NCBI GenBank assembly: GCA_964187785.1 | Contig: OZ076409.1 | Location: forward strand, 36,768,001 to 36,832,000 | Source: Amphiscolops sp. MND2022 | Taxonomy: Eukaryota | Direction of reading: 5' to 3' | Length of the DNA stretch: 64,000 bases | Shown here: piece by piece, positions 1 to 11,780 of the stretch | How positions within the stretch are numbered: position 1 is the stretch's first letter | Layout: each line of letters opens with the position of its first letter | The notes under the pieces: generated by a model | Told to the model about the DNA's origin: nothing | What the model saw: the letters and a program-made list of their open reading frames with translations, nothing else | The model's database searches: none | Made by a program: the position numbers and the translations under genes

Positions 1-402
1 TCGGAAAATGTCGCGTAGTGCCGAAAAATGTAAAATGGGGGACCCTTTTTGATTTATAAACACACATTCTGTTGTAAAATAACAAAAAACTCCAAGGGGG
101 GACCCTTTGGGGACATTAAAAAATTTCGAAAAAAAAGTCGCACAGTGCCGAAAAAAATTCAAAGGGGGGACCCTGTAGTTCCGTCCGGTTTTGTATCTTA
201 CGTTAAAAATTGAGTACACGAAAGGGGGGACCCTTTGCAGTAACTCAGATATGATTCCGCTTGCCGGTGCAGTACTTTTAGTAGTTCTGTAAAAAGTGTC
301 CACTACGCATACATTCTGTGGTCTGACGAAAAAAAAAAGAAAAAAAAACTTGCCACTGTAATAGTCGGGCTCATTTTCTTCTAAAATGCGCCGACTAAAA
401 AA
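1..402 (-). mobile_element. Family B partial copy
   Basis: GCGCCGACTAAAA end and GTGCCGAAAAA/GGGGGACCC repeats. Confidence 0.55.
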
Positions 403-492
403 CTAGATTAAATTAGACACCGGGCAAGATAAGGTCGAACAGTTCATCACTGTTTTTCATATGCTATTCGAACCGAATGTCTATCTTCGTAG

Positions 493-812
493 ATCGAGCA
501 GTTCAACCTGGAAGAAGAGTCGTTTGGCTGGGAGACGACCAACTACCCCATGCGACAGGACTTGTGGAACAAACTCATGCCCTACTTGAGTCTCTACTCC
601 AGCTCTGTCAAGTACCTGGATTACTACCAGGAGTGGACGACTGGATGTTACAACAAAGTGGATCCGGACCTTGTTGAGTCAGAAGTGGGTAACTTGTGGA
701 GATTGCTTTACAAACTGGAAAAGACCACTGAGTCCCCAGTTGCGAAGGAAATGGCGGGAAAAGTGAAACAGAAAGTTGAAGATTTCAAGGAACATCTTCC
801 CCTCATTTCAAG
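493..812 (+). CDS. DNAH7: dynein heavy chain exon (distal tail)
   Basis: tag|ATC; IEQFNLEEESFGW...KEHLPLIS; AG|gttatt, phase 2 matches next exon. Confidence 0.85.
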
Positions 813-895
813 GTTATTGTTTTGCTGTGATAATTTCTGAGTTTGACTTTTGGTTCACTGAGATTTTTCACCCCAAATATGTCTGCGTCTTATCA

Positions 896-1051
896 TGTCA
901 CTGACGTGATTCATCAGCAACTGAAATACTTTAAAACTGTCAATGTTTTCATGATTGTTCATGCTTCGAGCTGGATAGTAGTACATTGAACTGAATTGTA
1001 GTACGTTGACATAGAACTTTCAATTGAAGTAAAAGAAGTCAATCTTTTACA
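896..1051 (+). repeat. BEL/Pao 5' LTR (156 bp)
   Basis: Identical by eye to 8232-8387. Confidence 0.95.
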
Positions 1052-2026
1052 TTTTGGCGCTCCTACAAATCCTTCTCCAACCTTCAACGCCGAGTTTTTT
1101 TCTGCTGCTTTCTGCACCCTTCTCCACTGTTAGTGTGTTCCAATTTCTTGAGCAAAAAGAAATCGACCCTCATTTCCCTTCTCTGTTTTGGAAGAAAGAC
1201 TACAGACAGCCTTTTTTTCGTCTTTTTTTCTACAAAAAGATCTCTTCAACAGTAAAGTCAAAACCCTCTTCAGCAGTTTTTTCGATGGCAAAGCCAGCTA
1301 CTAGCTTCCAAAGTTTCGACTACCCAGAAACAACTTCTTCAACCTTTCGCCTTTTTTCACCTTTACCCTTGCTGCACTGAAGAGAGTGCTAGGAGAAAAA
1401 AGAACAAACAAAAAAGTTCATTTTTAGGAATATTTTTTGTCTTAGTTTTGGTTCTGCCTTTTCAAGTAGCGATCTCTAATACAAGAGCGGTGTGAAAAAA
1501 TTTAAAAGACAAAAAGTAACGAAAGCACTTTACAAGGCCACTTTTGCCTAGGGGCTCAAAAGAACCCCCCTTTTCATCGCCAACCGAAAGTTTTTCTTTT
1601 TCATCGCTGAGTTTAGGAATAGCTTCGTCCAGTTTTCGTCCTGTTGAATCCAGCTGCGTCCTGAACAGGTAAGTAAAACAGAATCGCCGTTCTGTTCCGT
1701 GTTTTAAGTCTTTTCAGCCTTTTTTGTCGGTTCCCTTGCGGTTCGCTCGGTCCGTCTTCGCTCCTCAAAACAGCGATTTCACTAGCTTCAACCAGCGCAT
1801 CGGTCTACCATTCATCTCTCTCATTGTATTTTTTTCCGTCGTGGTTGCGAATCGAACGGTTTTCTTGTTCCGTAAGTTGTCTCTTACCATTCTTTGTGTC
1901 AACGCAGCAGAGCTACAGTCAAAAGATTGTCCTCCATCGAAAGATTCAGCCAGCTTTTCTACAAACAACAACCAACCACAGTGCATCAAAGCTGACAACT
2001 TCTTCGCGCCAATTTCAGCAACCAGA

Positions 2027-5000
2027 ATGGGAAATAAAAAGGAACAAACTTTGCTCAATCGCTTCCGATTGGAAGAGCGATTGTTTGAGAACACACTAAA
2101 ATCTTTGCAGCAGAATGTTCTTGACAACCAACCAGTTCCTGTTCTGAAGACAATTCTCAGAAATCTTTCTAATCGACACCAACAATTGACAGATATTACC
2201 CAGCAGCTTACAGGTTTCCTTGCCAACGACGCTTTGGAAACTCTTTTCGACAGTATGTCTCGAATCTCAACTGAGTTCGAGAACGCTGAGCTCCAAGTTT
2301 CTCTCAAAGAAACAGACCATCATCTACTACCAACCCGAAGCAGCAGTACCGCCAGCCGCCAGTTTCAACGAAACTTCTGTAACGAATATACTGACTTCCC
2401 ACCAGTATCACCTCTACTGAGTCAGTCACAACAGCACCCGCCTCTACCAATGGATCAAACAGCAGGTTCTGTCTTTCCCACAGCTGCATGCCAGCTCCAA
2501 TCAGTAGTGGAAGCCTCCACTACTCCAGCAGTCACTCTTTGTTCGAATGAGCCGACAACCATTGTCACTTGTGGTAACCCATTTGGCACCTTGCCTACAA
2601 GGGTACCACCTGTTCTTCCTCAAACTCGCCGCCAAAACTCAGCAGTGCATCCTTTCCAAAACGATGATCGCACCGAAACTCACCTTCTTGCAGAAAATAC
2701 GTATCTCGTTCCACCGAACCTCGCATCGGTTATCCATTTGCCGTTCGACAGTCTCGCCCCTGACCGTACGCCACTCGAAACTCAGTCCAATTTGATTAAC
2801 ACGAATAGCGCTCCGGTTCCGCACATCTCACGTCTTGCTCCCACTGAACCATCCGTGCCTGTTCTCGTCCCTCGTTTACCCAATTCGTATCACGAGTTTA
2901 ACCAGCCCCTGCAAACCCCCAGCAATTTTCTGCCGGTCCCGCCAGCACAGTTTGCCCAGTCTCGATTCGTCTCCCAACAGCAACTGCCGCACGCTACCGT
3001 CTCGTCCACTGCTTCAAATATTGCATTTGTGCAAAGCACTTTTGGTGCAGCCCTTCCGCCTACAACTAACAATACGGTATTTACCGAAAACCTGTCGCGC
3101 CCGTTTCGTGACCCACATCCGTTCCCTCCTACCTCCATTACTGCTGCAACATCTTTTGCCCCAACATCCCATCCCGTTCCGACCAATGCTATCTCAACAA
3201 CAATCGATGCTTCCTCGCGTCCGATCGCTTCCACATATAATCCCACTCTCCAGCCGTCAACTTACATTCCGACACAAGCTCATCCACCAGCAATTAAACT
3301 CCCGCCTCTGCAGTTACCTACGTTTGACGGTGACCCACTTCAATACCATGATTGGATTAACACCTTTAAAGCAACAGTCGATAGCAACAGGTCTATCACA
3401 GACACTCACCGAATAACCTACCTCCAAAATTCAGTCACCGGTCCAGCCAAAGACCTAATCAAAGGTTATTCCTATAACCCGACCTTCTACGCAGCAGCAC
3501 TTGCTGATATCGAGAAACGGTTTGGCGACGCCGACTATGTCGTCGCGTCTTACATCACAAAGCTTGAGACCTTCCCGCAGTTTCCTCTGCATGATGCCAA
3601 ATCCATTACTGCCTACAACACGTTCATCAAAGAATTCACTCGAATCTTCTCCGATCTTGGTTTTTCTTCCGACTTAACGTCTTCCACTGTCCTTCGCTTA
3701 GCCAAAGACAAACTCCCTAAACAACTTCTCGTCAAGTGGACTGAATACACCATCCAGAACGCAATCGCCAAGCCCAGTCTACTTCATTTCCAAATTTGGC
3801 TGGAAATACAAACTGCAGTGTATGACAAACTCAACCTGCCGTCCTCCTCAAAAACTCACGCTTCGTCTTTTAAACCCAAATCTGATTCTGGTGATCCCTC
3901 GTCCCGAGATACTAATCGGAATTCAACAACACAAAGAAAACATCCACCGTCTTGTCCATTCTGTAATCTTGAACACTATGCATCCAGTTGCCCAAAGTAT
4001 CGCGATGCCACTCCGAAGCAACGTTTCAATTTCGTCAGAAATCATAACCTTTGCCTTAACTGTCTTGGTAAAGATCACATGAAATCTTCGTGTCCGTCCA
4101 AAAATCGATGTTCCAAACACGATTGCAGTGAACTTCATCACACGACACTTCATGAAGCCTTCAACCAACCGCATACCCGATCTCAGCCTGACCAAGAATC
4201 AAACCGAAACACCTCCAATGCTACTCGTGGAACAGAACCCAACCGACAACGACCAATCCGATCGCCACCAACTGATCCCCCAACTCGCCCGTCACAGTTC
4301 AACGCCACTGCCTTGAATCGGAAAACAGAAAAATTCCCGAAAGACCTGTTTTCAGTCCTTCAAATTGTCCCCGTTTCAGTTATCAATGATGGCAAAGTCT
4401 TCGATACCTACGCCCTCATTGATCCAGGAAGTACTGGTACATATATCCTAGATCACATCACGAAAATCCTCAATTTGAAAACCAGTGAAACCTTTGACTT
4501 GGATGTACAGTTTTTGAGTATCTCCCGCTCAATATCAGTCTCTTCGACACACTTTCTTCTCGCCCCCTACGCTGACCATGAGAAAACTTTCCTTGTTCCC
4601 AACGTCTTCTCCACTCCCAGCATCAACCTGCCCCCCGCCGACACAAAGGAATTGAACGAAATATGCCAACAATTTCCTCAACTTCGACATATAAAATTCC
4701 CCGATATCGACAATGGTAAAATCGGAATACTCCTTGGTACAGCTTGCGTGCAGTTCACCCACGCACTGGAATGGATTCGCGGTGCTCCCAATTGTCCCGC
4801 CGGAGTTCGAACAGAACTTGGGTGGACCATTGCCGGTGAATTCACGCACCCAAAAAAGAAAAAACTCACCTCCAGTTGTCACCAAGTTTTCTTTGCCTCA
4901 CACTCGCCTTCTCCCGAAATTCAACCTTCAACTGATGTGCTAGAAAACTACTGGACCATCGAAAAAGCCGGTTGTGAACCCGCTATCGACAAAAAGGTAT

Positions 5001-8000
5001 CGCTTGAAGACAAAGAAGCCCTCCGCATCTTGAATGAAACTTGTCGTCACAATGGAGAACGCTATGAAATTGGCCTCCCTTGGAAATCTTCCGCAACGCT
5101 TCCAAATAACTACTTTGCCGCCGTCAGTCAAGCCCGTAGTCTTGAAAAACGTTTAAAAGACAAACCGATAACCTTACAGAAATACAAGGAAACGCTCACC
5201 AAAGATCTCGCCTTGAATTACGTCGAACCTGTCACCAAACAACATCCCCCTCCTGATAAAATTTGGTACCTGCCAACACACCCTGTTGAAAATCCAAACA
5301 AGCCAGGAAAAATCCGTCGCGTCGCGAATGCAGCCTCAAAGTTCAAAGGCTGTTCTCTCAACACTTGTCTTCTGACCGGACCTGATCTTTTGGCCGACTT
5401 GCTTGAACTGATTCTCCGTTTTCGCGAACACGCCATCGGTGTCCTTGCTGATATCGAAAGCATGTTCATTCAAATAGCAATCCGTAAAGAAGACCAGTCA
5501 GCCTTACGCTTTGTATGGTTGGAAGACAATTTAATTCGCCAGTACCAATACATCCGATTAATTTTTGGTGCTAATTGTTCGCCGTGTTGCGCAATCTTTG
5601 TACTCCGAAAATGCGCCGCCGACCATTCGACTCAGTTCCCGGAAGTTGATCAAGCCGTCCGAAAAAACTTCTACATGGATGACTTCATTAAGTCTTTTCC
5701 AAATGCGTCCGATGCTCGTCGTCTTACCGAAGACTTACGCAACGTCCTAATGCGAGGCGGGTTCCGTCTCACGAAATTCCTATCTAACAACGCCGCCGCC
5801 ATTAATCATCTTCCAGAATCCGAGAAAGAAACGCCCGTTCAAACGACCAGAGTTCTTGGTCAGACTTGGTGTCTGACTGATGACACATACACCGCCCCTC
5901 CGCCAAAGCCCGTACCCACGCCGACAACTATACGCCAGCTGTTCAGTCTTGTCTCGTCTGTTTTCGATCCCATCGGTTTACTAGCGCCCTTCGTCGTTCA
6001 ATTTAAAATTCTTCTCCAGTCCCTTTGGAAACGTGGACAGAAATGGGATCAAATGATTCCGAATGACCTTCACACGATCGTAGTTAAACTCGTCAACGAA
6101 TATCGGAACCTGCCTCATATTTCCGTCCCGCGTCAACTTTGCCAGCCCTGTACTCCCGTCCAATTACACGTTTTCACAGATGCCTCGATTTCAGCATTCG
6201 CCGCCGTCATTTACGCCCGTCCGTCGCATCCCGCTTCGAAATCCGCTACAATTACTTTCGTACTCGGAAAAAGTCGCGTCGCCCCTCTCAAACAATTGAG
6301 CGTCCCGAAACTTGAACTTGAAGCCGCTCTACTGGGAGTTCGTCTACTCCAAGTCGTTCGCAGAGCTTTCGATCGAAACTTTCCTTGTGTTACTTTCTGG
6401 ACAGATAGTTGTGTTGTGCTCGACTGGATCCAAAACCAGAAAAAACTCAAAAGTTTCGTTGCTCACCGAGTCAACGAAATTTCCCGCTCTTCTGCCCCTT
6501 CGGATTGGAGGTATGTTCCATCCAATCTAAATCCAGCCGATCACGGCACAAGAGGTCTGAAATCAACAGACATCACCGTGAAATGGACAAAAGGTCCAAA
6601 ATTTTTGACAGAAAACGCTCAAAACTGGCCAACGAGGCCAAACAGCTCGTCCTCCGACAACGTTTGCGCATTCGCGAGTGCTAAGTATCCGCCCGTCCTG
6701 CTTGACGTTCGCCGATTTTCGTCATGGCTCCGCTTGTTTAAAACGGCCGCACAAGTCATACGTTTCGTTCGCCGCCTACGCTCTCGAAACTCTGATACAG
6801 GTCTAATTACCGCCGATTTCTCACTTGCCCGTCTTCTGCTCATCCGGCAGTCACAAGCTGAGTTGTTTTCGTCAACCGTTGCCCACCTGAATTGCAACCT
6901 TCGTCCACCTCCGCAAGATAAACTTTTGCCGTACAATCCAGTCCTCGATGATCAAGGAATCCTTCGTTCTGCCGGCCGCTTGAAATACGCACCACTCCCG
7001 GAATCAACACGACTTCCCATCATTCTAGACGCTAAGAATCCCCTCGTGAAACTTCTTGTTGAGCATTCCCATGCCGTTTGCCAGCACGCCGGTCCGGAAT
7101 ACGTGAAAGCTTTCCTGCAACAACGTTATCTGATTATTGGAGTTCGTTGCGCGCTTCGAAGCGTAAGTCACAGATGTTTCGCTTGCCGCCGTTTTCGCGC
7201 CGAAAACATTCAACCTTTCATGGCTCCGCTACCTCCTTTCCGCTATCCGTCACCAGATGCGCCTTTCCCTTTCGCTCAAACAGGTATCGACTTGTTTGGA
7301 CCCTTTTTTATCGTCAATGGAAAAAAGCTCGAAAAGCACTACGCCATCATCTTCAACTGCCTGGTTACTCGCGCTTGTCATCTTGAGTCATGTCCTTTCA
7401 TGACTAGTGACAGCTTCCTCAACGCTTTCCGACGATTCGTTGCCAGGCGCGGACAACCGCAACTTCTAAGATCTGACAATGGTAGCAATTTCGTTGGTGC
7501 TCGACGTGAATTGCAACAATCCCTCAACGACAGCATAAAAAACGTCCGTGAGAATTTTCCCGAGTCCATTGAAATGCGATGGGACTTGAACCCACCTTTT
7601 GCCCCACACTTCGGTGGTGTTTGGGAAAGAATGATACAAACAGCTAAAAGAACCCTCCTGATCATTCTTGGCTCGAAGAAACTGACACTCGATTTTTTCC
7701 AGACAATTTTAACTGAAACCGAACTGATGCTGAACTCTCGACCACTTACTCATGTAGCAGACCAACCCGATAACGAAGAACCCCTCACACCCAATCATTT
7801 TTTACTTCACAGACCGTACGCAAACTTGCCACCAGGAATTTTCAACGATACGGAGGAACCCCTGTCCTTCAAGTCATGGAAAGACGTTCAGAAAGTAATG
7901 AACCATTTTTGGGACAGATTCCTCAAGGAGTATCTGCCGACTCTTCATCATCGCTCTAAATGGAATCAAGACCAACATCCTCTCCAAGTCGGGGATATTG

Positions 8001-8164
8001 TGTGGGTCCTCAAAGATTTGACCCCCCGTGGAATCTGGCCTCTGGGAAGAATAGTTTCTCTGCACCCTGGCCCTGATGGAATAACCCGTGTCTGTTCAGT
8101 AAGAACAGCTTACGGAACATTCGAACGACCCGCCGTTTCTCTTTCTCGCGTTTTCGCCCCGTGA
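2027..8164 (+). CDS. BEL/Pao Gag-Pol polyprotein (2045 aa from first ATG; frame open from 1724)
   Basis: KLPPLQLPTFDGD Gag core; three Cys/His knuckles; protease LIDPGS; RT YMDD; RNase H VFTDAS; integrase GIDLFGP/SDNGSNF/GGVWER; no stops. Confidence 0.95.
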   Translation: MGNKKEQTLLNRFRLEERLFENTLKSLQQNVLDNQPVPVLKTILRNLSNRHQQLTDITQQLTGFLANDALETLFDSMSRISTEFENAELQVSLKETDHHLLPTRSSSTASRQFQRNFCNEYTDFPPVSPLLSQSQQHPPLPMDQTAGSVFPTAACQLQSVVEASTTPAVTLCSNEPTTIVTCGNPFGTLPTRVPPVLPQTRRQNSAVHPFQNDDRTETHLLAENTYLVPPNLASVIHLPFDSLAPDRTPLETQSNLINTNSAPVPHISRLAPTEPSVPVLVPRLPNSYHEFNQPLQTPSNFLPVPPAQFAQSRFVSQQQLPHATVSSTASNIAFVQSTFGAALPPTTNNTVFTENLSRPFRDPHPFPPTSITAATSFAPTSHPVPTNAISTTIDASSRPIASTYNPTLQPSTYIPTQAHPPAIKLPPLQLPTFDGDPLQYHDWINTFKATVDSNRSITDTHRITYLQNSVTGPAKDLIKGYSYNPTFYAAALADIEKRFGDADYVVASYITKLETFPQFPLHDAKSITAYNTFIKEFTRIFSDLGFSSDLTSSTVLRLAKDKLPKQLLVKWTEYTIQNAIAKPSLLHFQIWLEIQTAVYDKLNLPSSSKTHASSFKPKSDSGDPSSRDTNRNSTTQRKHPPSCPFCNLEHYASSCPKYRDATPKQRFNFVRNHNLCLNCLGKDHMKSSCPSKNRCSKHDCSELHHTTLHEAFNQPHTRSQPDQESNRNTSNATRGTEPNRQRPIRSPPTDPPTRPSQFNATALNRKTEKFPKDLFSVLQIVPVSVINDGKVFDTYALIDPGSTGTYILDHITKILNLKTSETFDLDVQFLSISRSISVSSTHFLLAPYADHEKTFLVPNVFSTPSINLPPADTKELNEICQQFPQLRHIKFPDIDNGKIGILLGTACVQFTHALEWIRGAPNCPAGVRTELGWTIAGEFTHPKKKKLTSSCHQVFFASHSPSPEIQPSTDVLENYWTIEKAGCEPAIDKKVSLEDKEALRILNETCRHNGERYEIGLPWKSSATLPNNYFAAVSQARSLEKRLKDKPITLQKYKETLTKDLALNYVEPVTKQHPPPDKIWYLPTHPVENPNKPGKIRRVANAASKFKGCSLNTCLLTGPDLLADLLELILRFREHAIGVLADIESMFIQIAIRKEDQSALRFVWLEDNLIRQYQYIRLIFGANCSPCCAIFVLRKCAADHSTQFPEVDQAVRKNFYMDDFIKSFPNASDARRLTEDLRNVLMRGGFRLTKFLSNNAAAINHLPESEKETPVQTTRVLGQTWCLTDDTYTAPPPKPVPTPTTIRQLFSLVSSVFDPIGLLAPFVVQFKILLQSLWKRGQKWDQMIPNDLHTIVVKLVNEYRNLPHISVPRQLCQPCTPVQLHVFTDASISAFAAVIYARPSHPASKSATITFVLGKSRVAPLKQLSVPKLELEAALLGVRLLQVVRRAFDRNFPCVTFWTDSCVVLDWIQNQKKLKSFVAHRVNEISRSSAPSDWRYVPSNLNPADHGTRGLKSTDITVKWTKGPKFLTENAQNWPTRPNSSSSDNVCAFASAKYPPVLLDVRRFSSWLRLFKTAAQVIRFVRRLRSRNSDTGLITADFSLARLLLIRQSQAELFSSTVAHLNCNLRPPPQDKLLPYNPVLDDQGILRSAGRLKYAPLPESTRLPIILDAKNPLVKLLVEHSHAVCQHAGPEYVKAFLQQRYLIIGVRCALRSVSHRCFACRRFRAENIQPFMAPLPPFRYPSPDAPFPFAQTGIDLFGPFFIVNGKKLEKHYAIIFNCLVTRACHLESCPFMTSDSFLNAFRRFVARRGQPQLLRSDNGSNFVGARRELQQSLNDSIKNVRENFPESIEMRWDLNPPFAPHFGGVWERMIQTAKRTLLIILGSKKLTLDFFQTILTETELMLNSRPLTHVADQPDNEEPLTPNHFLLHRPYANLPPGIFNDTEEPLSFKSWKDVQKVMNHFWDRFLKEYLPTLHHRSKWNQDQHPLQVGDIVWVLKDLTPRGIWPLGRIVSLHPGPDGITRVCSVRTAYGTFERPAVSLSRVFAP

Positions 8165-8231
8165 CGGCTCGCTGCGCAATTTCAAATTTGCCTCTCCTCC
8201 TCTCTTCTTTGCAGCTCGGGGGGGTGAAGCA

Positions 8232-8387
8232 TGTCACTGACGTGATTCATCAGCAACTGAAATACTTTAAAACTGTCAATGTTTTCATGATTGTTCATGC
8301 TTCGAGCTGGATAGTAGTACATTGAACTGAATTGTAGTACGTTGACATAGAACTTTCAATTGAAGTAAAAGAAGTCAATCTTTTACA
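8232..8387 (+). repeat. BEL/Pao 3' LTR (156 bp)
   Basis: Identical by eye to 896-1051. Confidence 0.95.
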
Positions 8388-8827
8388 TATCACACTGTCC
8401 AAAGTTGGGAAATGTTTGAATTAATTCTTTTCGAAAAACGATCTTGACACCATTTTTTGACAGTATTTTGTTCTCAGCATTTCAACAATCAAATGAGCGA
8501 GAGACTACGTAGTTTCTGGGAACTTTTTTTCCATGATTTGCTCCCACCACTTTAATAATGGTGTAAAAATGCGACGTTCAAATCATTTCAAGACTAGGTT
8601 TTCATTTTTTAGAAGATTAATTAATTTTCACTTTTACGTTTTGAGATAGTCAGGGGATTTGACTTGTAATGTAATGAAGCATTTTGAAATGAAGCAATAA
8701 TCGTTATGTTAGATGATAAGTTGTTATTCTAAGAGTCTCTTGGATTAAACAAAGTGCACGGTTTCAGGTACAACCGTTTTCGATACTTATAACAATTTTT
8801 GAACCTATATTTCTCTTTTTATTCCAG

Positions 8828-9110
8828 CCTGTGTAATCCGGGAATGCGTGAGCGACATTGGTCGCAAGTGTCCGAAATAATTGGCTACCCCTTGCAGCCG
8901 GACGAAACGACGACTCTGTCAGCGTTCCTGGCTATGAAGCTGGAACCTTTTCTGGAACAGTTCGAGTCTATCAGCGAGGCTGCCAGCAAGGAGTACTCTC
9001 TGGAAAAGGCTCTGGAAAAAATGCAGAGTGAATGGGACGAAATTGAGTTCAACTTGCTGGCTTACCGTGAAACTGGAACATGCATCTTGTCGTCTGTGGA
9101 TGACATTCAG
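8828..9110 (+). CDS. DNAH7: dynein heavy chain exon
   Basis: ccag|[12 protein letters not shown]...SVDDIQ; donor appears to be non-canonical GG. Confidence 0.85.
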
Positions 9111-9235
9111 GGATGGCTAATTTTTCAAATGAAAAAACTAGCAATTTTTACTTTTTAGCTAGGTTTTCAGTGTTTCGGTAGTTTTTAGGATCGTCAATTT
9201 TTTCAATTTAAAACGTCCCTGTTGATGTAAATTGT

Positions 9236-10258
9236 AACAATCCCAGAACGACATAAGTCGGTGCCGCCTTAAAGCTTAGAAATACCGAAAAGCCTTCAAA
9301 GTATTCTCTTCCACAGTACCCGAAAAACCCAAAGAGGGACCGTCTGAGATTTTTATTTCCAGACCAATATTTTCAATGGGGGAGGAAAATCATGATCTGT
9401 GTTGCGTTTTTTCCAAATTTTGCCAAACTCCACCTTATACTGACTTCACTTACTCAGCCTCCCTACTCAGCCTCCCTGCTTAGCCTCCCTACTCAGCCTC
9501 CCTACTGAGAGGAGGGAATAATATTTAAAGTAAAAATGGGAATAAGATCAAAAGGGAATTAGATCTAAAAATTTCAGGACGGGAATAAGATCTAAAGGGA
9601 ATAAGATCTAAAATCACTTAATTTTAGATCTTACTCTTTAGATCCTATTCCCCTCCCAAAATAGCTATGGCTCAGTTGGTGAAGGCCAAAAGGGAGGAAA
9701 ATATCCCGGTGCTTAGCGGGCGTCTTGTTCAACATCCATTCTGTTGCAAAATATCAAAAATATTGAACGACATTTTAGAGGCATTAAAAATTTTTTGATA
9801 AAAAACGAATAGAATTTCGAACAGTATCATCGTGCCGAAAAATGTAAAAGGGGGACCCTTTAGGATTTTTCAAAATCCAATCTGTTGCCAAATATCAAAA
9901 TAATTGAAGGGTAATCTTTGGAGACGCTTACGAAAATTGAGACAAAATGAGATTTTTGAAGTCTTATTGTGCCGAAAAATGTAAAAGGGGGATCCGTTGT
10001 GCTTTTCCAACATCTATGCTGTTGCAAACTATCAAAAAAATTCAAGAGGGGACCCTTTGGAGGCATTAAAAAAGTTTCGAAAAGACGTCGCACAATGCCG
10101 AAAAAAGTGGGGCCTTTTTTCTCGTCAGTTCAGTTCAGTAGACCAAATGGTACAATTTGGCCCCTCAAAATTGTAGAACTATTTTAGTCTGTTCGTGTGG
10201 ATTGAAAAAAAGAGTCACCACTATAGTCGCTTTTCACTTCATGAAGCGCCGACTAAAA
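9236..10258 (-). mobile_element. Family B copy with a nested family A copy (~9376-9729)
   Basis: GCGCCGACTAAAA at 10246-10258; internal GTGCCGAAAAA/GGGGGACCC repeats; nested 13-bp CTACTCAGCCTCC tandem. Confidence 0.55.
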
Positions 10259-10563
10259 GTAACTTTTCATTACTCTCCATACGCATAAAACGTTCCAGCG
10301 AGAAATCATTAACCTAATGTTTCTCCTTTTTCTATAAATTAGTTGGATTGATTTTTTCAGTTGTTGTAATCATAGTGGTCTAAAAATAACAAAAATATTT
10401 AAAAATAAGGAGGCAGCACGACAGAAACCTACTTTTTTCATCAAATCATTCCAGTCGATATGTACTGAGATTGTGTGAGTTTTGTATTTAGTTCTCAAAA
10501 TTGTATCTTTTTCTAATTGAGACATAAAAAAGTGTAAAATTGGTCTTCCCTCGTGAAATATAG

Positions 10564-11223
10564 ATGCTTCTGGATGATCAAATTGTGAAAACTCAAACCA
10601 TGAGAGGGTCACCCTTCATAAAACCGTTTGAGAACGAGATAAAAGACTGGGAGTCAAAACTGATTCTGCTTCAAGAAATTCTGGACGAGTGGCTTAAAGT
10701 CCAGGCAACGTGGTTATATCTGGAACCAATTTTCAGCAGTCCAGACATTATGGCTCAAATGCCCGAGGAGGGAAGGAGGTTCACGACTGTGGATAAAACA
10801 TGGAGAGATCTGATCAAACAAGTTTTGATGGACAAACATGTGCTAGCTGTTACTAACATTGAAAAAATGTTGGATAAACTGAAAAAGAGCAACGAATTTT
10901 TGGAGCTGATTCTAAAGGGTCTGAACGACTACTTGGAAAAGAAGAGATTGTATTTCCCGCGCTTTTTCTTCCTGTCAAATGACGAGTTGTTGGAAATTCT
11001 CTCGGAGACCAAAGACCCAACAAGGGTGCAACCCCATCTGAAGAAATGTTTCGAAGGAATTGCAAAATTGTCGTTCACAGATGTGTTGGATATAACCCAC
11101 ATGAAGAGTTCAGAAGGCGAGATTGTAGAGCTGCGTGACATCATCTCGACCTCAAAGGCCAGAGGTCAGGTCGAGAAATGGTTGTTGGAGCTGGAAGCTG
11201 ACATGCTCGCATCGCTGCAAAAG
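10564..11223 (+). CDS. DNAH7: dynein heavy chain exon (linker)
   Basis: MLLDDQ...WLYLEPIF...[16 protein letters not shown]...SLQK|gt. Confidence 0.92.
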
Positions 11224-11542
11224 GTTACTTACGGGCTTCACTTGAAACTCAGTCAACTATAACGGGTCGTTATGATAATACATGGAGTTATTTACTATAC
11301 AATTAAATTAAAATTAAAAGAAAAGTTGTTAATCACGTTGCAGTGTGCAATTGTGTACTTAAAAGAATTGTAGGAGTTCTTGAGCCCACTAAAAACTTAT
11401 CTGTCACTTTTTCATCCTCTGATTTGTCTTTCCGAATCAAATAATCTATACAAAAAGCTTTTCACAAATCAGTACTGTTTGTGTGTTTTTTTTCTCCTTG
11501 ACTAAGAGGTTTTTTAGTTTTAGGTACCTACCACCGTTTTAG

Positions 11543-11780
11543 GTCACAAACGAGTCACGTGAAGACTACGAGAACTGTCTGAGAATCGAGTGGGTGACCA
11601 AGTGGCCAGGACAAGGTGTGCTCTGTGTGTCGCAATTATTCTGGACGAGGTTCGTGTCTGAGGCCATCACCAATGGACAACAAGCTCTGGAGGATTACTA
11701 CAAACTGTGCAACAAGCAGATTGATGAAATTGTGGGCAAAGTCAGGGGAAGGTTGCCTACCCAAAACAGAGTCACACTAG
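11543..11780 (+). CDS. DNAH7: dynein heavy chain exon
   Basis: ag|VTNESRED...WPGQGVL...RVTLG|gt. Confidence 0.85.

Larger units (their letters stand above)
896..8387 (+). mobile_element. BEL/Pao LTR retrotransposon, full length, apparently intact
   Basis: TG...CA LTRs at 896-1051 and 8232-8387; 5-bp TSD TATCA (891-895, 8388-8392); TGG-initiated PBS-like site at 1055; G-rich PPT at 8218-8231; single gag-pol ORF. Confidence 0.96.

Noticed and set aside
1765..8237. Numerous short alternative-frame and antisense ORFs over the BEL polyprotein
   Set aside because: Shadow ORFs of a long coding region with no independent motifs.
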